Assembly (NCBI GenBank): GCA_963777165.1
Contig: CAVZPO010000023.1
Coordinates: 479,644 to 543,643, forward strand
Direction of reading: 5' to 3'
From: an uncultured Chloroflexia bacterium
Lineage (GTDB): Bacteria; Chloroflexota; Anaerolineae; Anaerolineales; E44-bin32
Length of the DNA: 64,000 bases
In this document: piece by piece, positions 10,121-17,440 of the stretch
How the letters are laid out: every line of letters starts with the position of its first letter
Numbering within the stretch: the first letter of the stretch is position 1
Program-made: the position numbers and the translations under genes
Notes under the pieces: model-generated
Databases searched by the model: none
What the model was told of the DNA's origin: nothing
Seen by the model: only the letters and a program-made list of their open reading frames with translations

Positions 10121-10348
10121 ATGGACCCAGACGCCATCGCCCGCGTCACGAAGGAAGTCGTCCGGACGTATGGGGAGATGCAGGGCGTCACCCCGACCGT
10201 CCGCCGCGAGACCCAGGCGACGCAGGAACATTACATCTTGACCTACAAGGCCAGGGTCAGCGTCCCCGGTGGAAAACAAATGAGCCGGATCGTTCGGGTG
10301 ACCGCCGATTCGCGCGGCCGCGTACAGCGCATCAGCACCTCGAGGTAG
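10121..10348 (+). CDS. Small hypothetical protein (~75 aa) similar to the C-terminal domain of the C25 protease
   Basis: GAGGAGG RBS before ATG 10121; the alternative ATG 10106 overlaps the ftsZ stop. The C-terminus RIVRVTADSRGRVQRISTSR aligns with RYARLTLDPTGKVLKLAVSR of the protease. Confidence 0.75.
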   Translation: MDPDAIARVTKEVVRTYGEMQGVTPTVRRETQATQEHYILTYKARVSVPGGKQMSRIVRVTADSRGRVQRISTSR

Positions 10349-10350
10349 CG

Positions 10351-10551
10351 ATGACCACACTTGCGCCCACTTGCCCATCGGCCGTCCGCCTGTTCTTCTG
10401 GCGGGTCGCCGCGTGGCTCACGGAGTTCGCCCTCCGGCACCGGGCTGGGATGACTGCCGCCTGGCCCTACTTGCAGTTCGTGGCGGGTGGGCTGACCGCC
10501 TACGCCATCGGGCGGCTGATTGGTGCGTGGGCGATGAAAGGCATGCCCTGA
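10351..10551 (+). CDS. Small putative membrane protein (66 aa)
   Basis: ATG 2 nt after the previous stop, preceded by GAGGT. Hydrophobic segment WPYLQFVAGGLTAYAIGRLIGAW. Followed by a terminator-like hairpin. Confidence 0.55.
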   Translation: MTTLAPTCPSAVRLFFWRVAAWLTEFALRHRAGMTAAWPYLQFVAGGLTAYAIGRLIGAWAMKGMP

Positions 10552-10590
10552 TTGCTGCGCGGCCCTACCCGCGTGCGACATCGTCCTCTC

Positions 10591-10625
10591 ACAGGCCCGC
10601 CGCTCCAGGCGGGCCTGTTCGTCTT
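10591..10625 (+). terminator. Probable intrinsic terminator closing the TPR-protease-ftsZ cluster
   Basis: ACAGGCCCGCC-GCTCCA-GGCGGGCCTGT 11-bp stem, followed by a weak T-tract (TCGTCTT). Confidence 0.55.
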
Positions 10626-10752
10626 GACCCGTGCGGCGCTCTGGGTTCATTCGAGCCATATCGACAAGCCAACGGCGCTCTAGAAAACCCGTCGTGACGC
10701 ACCTGGTGCGCTAGTCGTTCGCGCGCTACCCGTTCCGGCATGGCCAGTGAGT

Positions 10753-10781
10753 TTGCGGCCTCCCAATCGCCAAGGTACAAT
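10753..10781 (+). promoter_or_regulatory. Sigma70-type promoter
   Basis: TTGCGG-N17-TACAAT upstream of the CDS at 10814. Confidence 0.5.
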
Positions 10782-10813
10782 CCGCGTTCGAGGGTATTCA
10801 ACCACCAACGCCT

Positions 10814-11545
10814 ATGGGACGCCGCGCCCAGCTGAAGCTGCTCTTTCTCGTCATCATGGTGGGCTTCGTGCTCGGTTTGCTCAGCGTCGTCCTCGACCGC
10901 CTCGAGGCCGGTGAGAGCGGCGGCACGCCGACGGCACCCGCGGGACTTGGGCAGACAACCATCCTCGTCCTCGGCGTCGACCGGTTCGATCAGCCCCCGG
11001 CGTTGCGCGCCATCTGGTTCGTCACCTTCCGGCCGCCCGGCCGCAGCGTCTTCCTGTACGGCCTGCCCACGAACGCGCCGATCCAGGGCCAGGACCTGGT
11101 GACCCTTGGAGCGCTGTTCGCCTGGTCCTCTGAGCGCGGCGTCGATCCGCTGTTCCTGGACACGCTGGCGCGCACTGTCCCGCTGCAGCCCGATGCCACC
11201 GTGCTGATGGACGAAACCGCCTTCGCCGCGCTGGTGGACTTCGTCGGAGGTGTGGAACTCAACGGGACGACCTTTGGCGGGAACGAAGTGCTGGGGTTTC
11301 TCAGCCTGGTAATTGAAGAGCCCGAGGCCTCGCTGGCTTCCCAGTCTCGCCTGATCGAGGCGATGGTCCGACGCCTCCCGGCCCTGGGCGCTCTTCCGGA
11401 TGTGAGCCCGCTTCAGTGGCTGGTCCCGGACCACGCGCACCTGACGCTGCCGGTCAACCAACTGGTCGGGCTGCTCTCGCCGCTTCTGCCCGTCGAACCG
11501 ACCGAGGTTCACGTCGATCGCTGGTCGCCCCAGACGGCGCCCTGA
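10814..11545 (+). CDS. LytR-CpsA-Psr (LCP)-like membrane-anchored protein, degenerate
   Basis: N-terminal TM helix. TILVLGVD and MDETAFAALVDFVGGVEL match LCP core motifs. The conserved R-S/T-D and PRD motifs are absent. Confidence 0.55.
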   Translation: MGRRAQLKLLFLVIMVGFVLGLLSVVLDRLEAGESGGTPTAPAGLGQTTILVLGVDRFDQPPALRAIWFVTFRPPGRSVFLYGLPTNAPIQGQDLVTLGALFAWSSERGVDPLFLDTLARTVPLQPDATVLMDETAFAALVDFVGGVELNGTTFGGNEVLGFLSLVIEEPEASLASQSRLIEAMVRRLPALGALPDVSPLQWLVPDHAHLTLPVNQLVGLLSPLLPVEPTEVHVDRWSPQTAP

Positions 11546-11581
11546 GGCATGTCCGAGAGGGAATCCAAGGCACTTCCTCGC

Positions 11582-11610
11582 TTGCACTCTGCACAAAGTG
11601 CCGCTATTCT
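11582..11610 (+). promoter_or_regulatory. Sigma70-type promoter upstream of the ABC transporter operon
   Basis: TTGCAC-N17-TATTCT, about 165 nt upstream of the ATG at 11776. Confidence 0.5.
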
Positions 11611-11621
11611 ACGACGGTAGA

Positions 11622-11749
11622 CCAGCGGTGCACCTGCCGGGGCGTCGGCGGTGAGGACGACGCACGCGGCTTCGCGTGTGATCCCCCAAGCGAACGACGG
11701 ACGCCGAACGGTTCGCCACCTTTCCCGCCTCGCCGGGTTTACACTGCTG
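11622..11749 (+). ncRNA. Candidate structured 5' leader or ncRNA (family unassigned)
   Basis: Nested pairings CAGCGGTG/CACTGCTG, ACCTG/CGGGT and CGGGGCG/CGCCTCG enclose hairpins CACGCG-GCTT-CGCGTG and GCGAAC...GTTCGC. Confidence 0.35.
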
Positions 11750-11775
11750 AGATTGAAACCTTCACGGAGGAAGCC

Positions 11776-12522
11776 ATGAAGAAGTTCGCCCTTGTGTCGC
11801 TGATCGTCCTGGCCGCGTTGGCCCTGTCCGCCTGCGGCGGCGGCGCCGCCGACAAGGTCCAGGTCGCCACCGACGCCACCTGGCCGCCATTCGAATACGT
11901 GGACGAGACCTCGAAGCAGATCGTAGGCTTCGATGTCGACCTGATGAATGCCATTGCCGCGGAGACCGGCCTCGAGGTGGAGTTCGTCAACGTCAGCTGG
12001 GATCCTCTCCTGGCGGGCATGGCGGAATGCACGTACGACGCTGCGATCTCCGCCATGACCATCACCGAAGAGCGCAAGCAGCAGTTCCTGTTCACGGATC
12101 CGTACTTCGCCGCGGGTCAGATCGTGGCCGTGCGCCTCGAGAACACCGACATCGCCGGCAAGGACGACCTGGTCGGCAAGGTCGTGGGAGCGCAGCTCGG
12201 GACGACCGGCGCCATCGAGGTCGAGGGCATATCAGGTGCGACGCTGAAGACCTACGATGACATCGGCCTGGCGATCCAGGACCTGATCAACGGGCAGGTG
12301 GACGCCGTCGTCGCCGACAACCCGCTGATTATCGAGTATGTCGGTCAGAACGCGGACACCCTGAAGACCGCCGGTGAGGCGTTCACCGATGAGTTCTACG
12401 GCATCGCCGTCTGCAAGGATCAGGCCGACCTGCAGGCCAAGCTCAACCAAGGACTGGCCGCGGTCAAGGCCGCGGGTGTGATCGATACACTGACCGTCAA
12501 GTGGATTGCTGCGGGTAAGTAG
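11776..12522 (+). CDS. Polar/basic amino-acid ABC transporter substrate-binding lipoprotein (family 3)
   Basis: GGAGG RBS, lipobox LSAC, ATDATWPPFEY, GFDVDL, SAMTITEERK, GAQLGTTG. Confidence 0.93.
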   Translation: MKKFALVSLIVLAALALSACGGGAADKVQVATDATWPPFEYVDETSKQIVGFDVDLMNAIAAETGLEVEFVNVSWDPLLAGMAECTYDAAISAMTITEERKQQFLFTDPYFAAGQIVAVRLENTDIAGKDDLVGKVVGAQLGTTGAIEVEGISGATLKTYDDIGLAIQDLINGQVDAVVADNPLIIEYVGQNADTLKTAGEAFTDEFYGIAVCKDQADLQAKLNQGLAAVKAAGVIDTLTVKWIAAGK

Positions 12523-12533
12523 ACGGACCGCAA

Positions 12534-12573
12534 CAAGCGCCTGCGGAGGCCTGACCGGCTCCGCAGGCGCTTG
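12534..12573. repeat. Perfect 15-bp inverted repeat between the SBP and permease genes (probable mRNA-stabilising or attenuating hairpin)
   Basis: CAAGCGCCTGCGGAG-N10-CTCCGCAGGCGCTTG. Confidence 0.7.
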
Positions 12574-12587
12574 CATTAGGAGGGCCC

Positions 12588-13421
12588 ATGAAGCCCAAAG
12601 TGCCGGTACTTCCAGCCGCTCCGGAGCGCGAGCTGATGAAGATTCCTGGCGCCGAACCCAGCGCGCGCATCGACTCGTGGTGGGGGCTCGTCTTCGGGAT
12701 TATTGCCCTGACGATCGTGCTGGTTGTGTTCTCCCCGGATCCCTATCGGCGCATCGTCCTGTTTGTGCGCGACGGCATCGCCATCACATTGACGCTCACG
12801 GTTTCATCCTTCTTCCTGGTCTTGTTCGTCGGCCTGGTGGGAGGCCTGGGGAGGATCTCCAAGAACAAGGCCGTGCGGGGCGTCACCACCCTGTACGTCG
12901 AACTGGTGCGCGGCATCCCGCTGCTTGTCCAACTGCTCTACTGGTACTATGCCTTTCCTTCAATCGTCCACTCGCTGGGCGCATCCCTGAACCTCCCGGC
13001 GCTGGAAAACTACCGTGCCAACGCCGTCGCCATGGCAGTGCTTGGGATGACCTTCTGCTATGGCGCCTACATGACCGAGATCTACCGCGCCGGCATTCAG
13101 AGCATCCCCAAGGGCCAGCTGGAGGCCGCCCGAAGCCTGGGCATGTCGTATGTCCAGGCGATGCGGCACGTGGTCCTGCCTCAAGCGATTCGCGTCATTC
13201 TGCCTCCCGTGGGGAACGAATTCATCTCGTTGCTGAAGGACTCATCTCTGGCCAGCGTCGTCGCGGTCACCGAGCTCACTCGCCGCGGGCGCGAGTTCAT
13301 GTCCGCCACCTACATGCCGATCGAGACCTGGACGATGGTCGGCCTGCTCTACCTGATCATGACCCTGTTCTCGTCCCGGATTGTCGCCTGGAGCGAACGC
13401 CGCATGCAGTTCGAGAGGTAG
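12588..13421 (+). CDS. Amino-acid ABC transporter permease (HisM/GlnP family)
   Basis: YVELVRGIPLLVQL, AYMTEIYRAGIQSIPKGQLEAARSLGM (EAA loop), NEFISLLKDSSL. Confidence 0.95.
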   Translation: MKPKVPVLPAAPERELMKIPGAEPSARIDSWWGLVFGIIALTIVLVVFSPDPYRRIVLFVRDGIAITLTLTVSSFFLVLFVGLVGGLGRISKNKAVRGVTTLYVELVRGIPLLVQLLYWYYAFPSIVHSLGASLNLPALENYRANAVAMAVLGMTFCYGAYMTEIYRAGIQSIPKGQLEAARSLGMSYVQAMRHVVLPQAIRVILPPVGNEFISLLKDSSLASVVAVTELTRRGREFMSATYMPIETWTMVGLLYLIMTLFSSRIVAWSERRMQFER

Positions 13422-13427
13422 CCCGCC

Positions 13428-14162
13428 ATGGAGCCCATCATCCAGATCCACGAGGTTCACAAGCACTTCGCGCGCGATATTCATGCGCTGCGCGGCGTCA
13501 GCCTCGACGTTCAGAAGGGCGAGGTCGTCGTGGTCATCGGGCCCTCGGGGTCGGGCAAGTCCACGCTGCTGCGCTGCATCAATCGGCTGGAGGAGTACGA
13601 CCAGGGATCGATTGTGGTCGACGGCATCCCGCTCGACACGGCGGCCAACATCAATGCCGTGCGGGCGGAAGTCGGGATGGTCTTTCAGTCCTTCAATCTG
13701 TTTGCCCACCTCTCGGTTCTCTCAAACGTCATGCTCGCCCAGCGCGTCGTCCGCCATCGCGATCCGGCGGAGGCCCGGCGCGTGGCCATGGACTTGCTGG
13801 CCAAAGTCGGGATCCCTGAGAAAGCCGAGGCCTATCCTGCGCAGCTTTCCGGCGGCCAGCAGCAGCGCGTGGCGATCGCCCGTGCCCTGGCGATGAACCC
13901 CAAGATCATGCTCTTCGACGAGCCGACGAGCGCGCTCGATCCCGAAATGATCAAGGAAGTGCTCGACGTCATGCTTGCCCTGGCCCACGAGGGGATGACG
14001 ATGCTCGTCGTCTCGCATGAGATGGGCTTCGCCCGTGCCGCGGCGCACCGGGCGATCTTCATGGACGGCGGATTGATTGTCGAGGAGAGCACTCCGGAGA
14101 AACTGTTCAGCTCGCCGTCGCACGAACGGACGAAGCTGTTCTTGAGCAAAGTCCTGATGTAG
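13428..14162 (+). CDS. Amino-acid ABC transporter ATP-binding protein (GlnQ family)
   Basis: [35 protein letters not shown]. Confidence 0.96.
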   Translation: MEPIIQIHEVHKHFARDIHALRGVSLDVQKGEVVVVIGPSGSGKSTLLRCINRLEEYDQGSIVVDGIPLDTAANINAVRAEVGMVFQSFNLFAHLSVLSNVMLAQRVVRHRDPAEARRVAMDLLAKVGIPEKAEAYPAQLSGGQQQRVAIARALAMNPKIMLFDEPTSALDPEMIKEVLDVMLALAHEGMTMLVVSHEMGFARAAAHRAIFMDGGLIVEESTPEKLFSSPSHERTKLFLSKVLM

Positions 14163-14187
14163 TCTCCGGTTCATGGCACGTGAATCG

Positions 14188-14213
14188 AACTCGCCGCCCA
14201 CGGGCGGCGAGTT
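14188..14213. terminator. Bidirectional terminator-like hairpin between the ABC operon and tRNA-Leu
   Basis: AACTCGCCGCCC-AC-GGGCGGCGAGTT inverted repeat between convergent genes. Confidence 0.65.
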
Positions 14214-14217
14214 GGTG

Positions 14218-14299
14218 TGCGCTGGGGGGGACTTGAACCCCCACGCCTTGCGGCACATGGCCCTCAACCATGCCTGTCTGCCAGTTCCAGCACCAGCGC
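14218..14299 (-). tRNA. tRNA-Leu (anticodon GAG)
   Basis: Reverse complement GCGCTGGTGCTGGAACTGGCAGACAGGCATGGTTGAGGGCCATGTGCCGCAAGGCGTGGGGGTTCAAGTCCCCCCCAGCGCA. Acceptor stem GCGCTGG/CCAGCGC, anticodon arm CATGG-TTGAGGG-CCATG, long variable arm, GGTTCAAGTCC T-arm. CCA is not encoded directly after the discriminator. Confidence 0.97.
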
Positions 14300-14319
14300 G
14301 GAAGCCGACAACGTGGGGT

Positions 14320-14347
14320 ATTATAGCCGCCGACCCTTCGGTGTCAA
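14320..14347 (-). promoter_or_regulatory. Consensus sigma70 promoter of tRNA-Leu
   Basis: TTGACA-N16-TATAAT on the minus strand, about 20 nt upstream of the tRNA. Confidence 0.75.
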
Positions 14348-14377
14348 CCCGAACCACACTCTGGGAGACGACACACG

Positions 14378-15397
14378 ATGCGAATCGTCCTCGACGCCAT
14401 GGGCAGCGACACCCATCCTGATCCTGAGATCGATGCCGCCGCCCAGGCCGCCGACCTCTGGGGCGACCCGGTGCTTCTGGTTGGTCCCCAGGAGACGTTG
14501 GAGGCTCGGCTGCGCGCTGTCGGCGTGGGCCCGGAGCGCGTGCGCGTCGTCCACGCACCCGAGGTCCTGGAGATGACCGACAAGCCGGCAGATACGGCCC
14601 GCGGCAAGTCCCGCAGTTCGATGGCCGTCGGAATGGAGCTGGTCAAGTCCGGGGAGGCGGACGCCTTCGTGACCGCCGGCAACACCGGCGGCGCCATGGC
14701 CAACGCGCTCTTCCGCATCGGCCGGATCCGCGGCGTCAAGCGCCCGGCGCTTGCAGGCGTGTTCCCCGTCCGAACCGGCCAGGCGGTCCTGCTGGACATC
14801 GGCGCCAACGCCGACGTGCGTCCGGAGTACCTGGTCCAGTTCGCCGTCTTCGGTTCGCTGTATGCCGAAATCGTCTTCGGCCGTCCCTCACCGCGCGTGG
14901 CGCTCCTCTCCAACGGCGAGGAAGCCGGCAAGGGCAACGCGCTCGTCAAGGAGACTTTCCCCCTCCTGCAAGGAGCCGGACTGAACTTCGTCGGAAACAT
15001 CGAGCCCAAGGAGTTCTACGCCGGGAAAGCCGACGTAGCCGTAACCGACGGCTTTACGGGCAATATTCTGCTCAAGACCTCCGAGGCAGTGGCGTCGTTC
15101 CTGATCAGCATCATCCGCGAGCAGATCAAGAGCAGCCCGGTGAGCGCTGTCGGCGGGCTGCTCGCCAAGCCGGCGTTCAAGCGCGTCGGGGCGCTGCTCG
15201 ACCCAGCGGAATACGGAGCGGCTCCGCTGCTTGGGATCGACGGGCTGGTGTTCGTCGGTCACGGTCGCTCCGATGCCCGGGCACTTGTCAGCGCAATGCG
15301 TGTGGCCCGGCAAGCCGTCTCCGGTGGCCTGCTGGAGGCGCTGCGCCGAGAGATCCGAGCCCGGCTATCTCCGGGAGAGGCCGAGGCGCAGGCGTGA
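14378..15397 (+). CDS. plsX: Phosphate acyltransferase PlsX
   Basis: MRIVLDAMGSD, TAGNTGG, GVKRPAL, LLDIGANAD, LLSNGEEAGKGN, TDGFTGNILLK, GHGRS. Confidence 0.96.
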   Translation: MRIVLDAMGSDTHPDPEIDAAAQAADLWGDPVLLVGPQETLEARLRAVGVGPERVRVVHAPEVLEMTDKPADTARGKSRSSMAVGMELVKSGEADAFVTAGNTGGAMANALFRIGRIRGVKRPALAGVFPVRTGQAVLLDIGANADVRPEYLVQFAVFGSLYAEIVFGRPSPRVALLSNGEEAGKGNALVKETFPLLQGAGLNFVGNIEPKEFYAGKADVAVTDGFTGNILLKTSEAVASFLISIIREQIKSSPVSAVGGLLAKPAFKRVGALLDPAEYGAAPLLGIDGLVFVGHGRSDARALVSAMRVARQAVSGGLLEALRREIRARLSPGEAEAQA

Positions 15398-16659
15398 CCA
15401 GCGCAAGTCCCCCCTCCCGCCGGGTAGCGATCACCGGGCTCGGGGTGATCACCGCCCTCGGATCGCAGATTCAGGAGTTCTGGGATCATCTCCTGGCGGG
15501 GGACTCGGGCATCCGCCGGATCACCCAGTTCGATCCCACCGGGATGCCCTGTCAGATCGCGGGCGAGATTCCCGCCTTCGATGCGACCGAGTTCGTGCCG
15601 GCCAAGGAAGCGCGCCGCATGTCGCGGGTCGCTCAGGTGGCACTGGGGGCAGCGCACCGTGCCATCGCCGACTCGGGGCTCCCGTCGCCCTTCCCTTCTC
15701 CCGAACGGGTCGGCGTTTCCTTCGGCACGGCCATCGGGGGCCTCGAACGGGTCGAAGAGGGAATCCGCGTGATGCGCACCCAGGGCCTTGGAAAGATCAG
15801 CCCATTCACGATCCCGTCGGGAATCCCCAATATCCCGGCCTTCTACATCAGCAATCTCTTTGGCGCCGTCGGCCCGAGCCTGACGATCACCACGGCCTGT
15901 GCCACCGGGACGCAGGCAGTCGGCGAAGGCACCGAGTTAATCCGAACCGGCCGCGCCGATCTGGTCATTGCCTGCGGTGCCGAAGCCCTGATTGAAGACT
16001 ACGCGCTGGCGGGGTTCGCCGCCATGCGCGCCCTGCCCACCAGCTTCAATGACGATCCGACGGGCGCCTCGCGGCCGTTCGACGCCAGGCGTGAGGGTTT
16101 TGTGTTCTCCGAAGGCGCCGCCTGCCTGATCCTCGAACGCCTCGACCTGGCGCTGGCGCGCGGCGCTCGCGTCTACGCCGAGGTCGCCGGCCATGCCAGC
16201 TCCGGTGATGGCTACCACGTGGCGGCCCCCGATCCCACGGCCGCCGGCCCGATCCGGACGATGCGCTGGGCGTTACAGGACGCGGGGCTGGCGCCTGAGG
16301 CTGTGGACTACATCAACGCCCACGGAACCTCCACCCCCGCCAACGACGCCGTCGAGACCCAGGCGATCAAGACCGTCTTCGGCGAAGCAGCCCGCCGCAT
16401 TCCCATCTCCTCGACCAAGTCGATGATCGGGCATGCCATGGGAGCCTCCGGGGCGATCGAGGCCGTGGTCTGCGCCCTGACGATCCAGCACGGCGCGATC
16501 CACCCCACCATCAACTACGAGGTCCCCGATCCTGAGTGCGACCTCGACTACGTCCCCAACCAAGCCCGACGTGCGGCCGTGAGGGTCGCCCTGTCGAACT
16601 CGTTCGGCCTGGGCGGACAGAACGCCTGCCTGGTCCTGAAGCAAGCGGAGGCGGCATGA
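15394..16659 (+). CDS. fabF: 3-oxoacyl-[ACP] synthase II
   Basis: RRVAITGLG, TACATG (catalytic Cys), YINAHGTST, KSMIGHAMGA, SNSFGLGGQN. The GTG start overlaps the plsX stop. Confidence 0.95.
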   Translation: MTSASPPSRRVAITGLGVITALGSQIQEFWDHLLAGDSGIRRITQFDPTGMPCQIAGEIPAFDATEFVPAKEARRMSRVAQVALGAAHRAIADSGLPSPFPSPERVGVSFGTAIGGLERVEEGIRVMRTQGLGKISPFTIPSGIPNIPAFYISNLFGAVGPSLTITTACATGTQAVGEGTELIRTGRADLVIACGAEALIEDYALAGFAAMRALPTSFNDDPTGASRPFDARREGFVFSEGAACLILERLDLALARGARVYAEVAGHASSGDGYHVAAPDPTAAGPIRTMRWALQDAGLAPEAVDYINAHGTSTPANDAVETQAIKTVFGEAARRIPISSTKSMIGHAMGASGAIEAVVCALTIQHGAIHPTINYEVPDPECDLDYVPNQARRAAVRVALSNSFGLGGQNACLVLKQAEAA

Positions 16660-17351
16660 TTCGTTACGCCAACGAGTCCGCGATTCGGCGGAACGCGAAG
16701 TTGGGCAAGATCCTGACCTTTGGAGGCATGGGGGTTTTGGTGCTCGGACTGATCCTGTCCGTCGCCTACCCGGCCCAGGTCAACGGCGTCCTGGGCATCG
16801 CCCTGGTGGGTGTTCTGAGCTCGCAGTTTGGGATGGTCTTCTACAATCGCTGGTCCCGGCGCCCGCGCATCGACGAGGTGCTGGACGACTCGGTCAAGGG
16901 GTTGGACGGGCGCTATGCCCTGTTCCACTATACGCTCAGCAGCCCTCACGTCCTGGCCACCCCGGCAGGGGTGTACGCATTGGTACCCCGGCTGGACGAA
17001 GGCGAGGTGACCTGGGTGGATGGCACGTGGACGGTGGTCCGATCCGGCCGCGGCGCCGCTCGACCGCGAGTGCTGCGTGGGATCGAGGGGGCAGCCCAGA
17101 CTGAAGCCGACGCCGCCGCGAGCGCCTTGCACAAGCGGCTTCCGGATCACACGCTCCCCAAGGTCGTGCCCCTATTGGTGTTCCTGAACTCGAAGGCGAC
17201 CGTGCACGCCAAGGGCGCTCCGATGCTGGCGGTGCATGCCAAGAAGCTCAAGGAGACTCTCCGGCAGCTCCCCAAGGGAGGCAACCTGTCTGAGGAGCAA
17301 CTGAAGGAGCTGGCGACGCGCCTGGGCTTGAGCAGCACGCCGCAGGATTAG
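16656..17351 (+). CDS. Two-TM membrane protein with a degenerate NERD-like domain
   Basis: GGAGG RBS; the ATG overlaps the fabF stop. Two N-terminal TM helices. PHVLATPAGVYAL...G.VTW.DG.W resembles the NERD core. Confidence 0.55.
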   Translation: MIRYANESAIRRNAKLGKILTFGGMGVLVLGLILSVAYPAQVNGVLGIALVGVLSSQFGMVFYNRWSRRPRIDEVLDDSVKGLDGRYALFHYTLSSPHVLATPAGVYALVPRLDEGEVTWVDGTWTVVRSGRGAARPRVLRGIEGAAQTEADAAASALHKRLPDHTLPKVVPLLVFLNSKATVHAKGAPMLAVHAKKLKETLRQLPKGGNLSEEQLKELATRLGLSSTPQD

Positions 17352-17390
17352 ATCCTCTCTCGCTTTCGTTCCCCGACCCGGCTAACAACT

Positions 17391-17416
17391 CGAGCGCCGG
17401 CTTTCGCCGGCGCTCG
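17391..17416. terminator. Hairpin between convergent genes
   Basis: CGAGCGCCGGC-TTTC-GCCGGCGCTCG. Confidence 0.65.
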
Positions 17417-17440
17417 GTGATTCAAAGTTGAGAGGGCGCG

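Noticed and set aside
11611..11775. Assigning the leader as a lysine riboswitch or T-box
   Set aside because: The AGAGGUGC/loop-E pattern and the T-box UGGNACC sequence are not present, so it is left as an unassigned candidate.
14218..14299. tRNA-Leu as an integration site for an island or prophage
   Set aside because: No integrase, no duplicated tRNA 3' end noticed in the window, and housekeeping genes on both sides.
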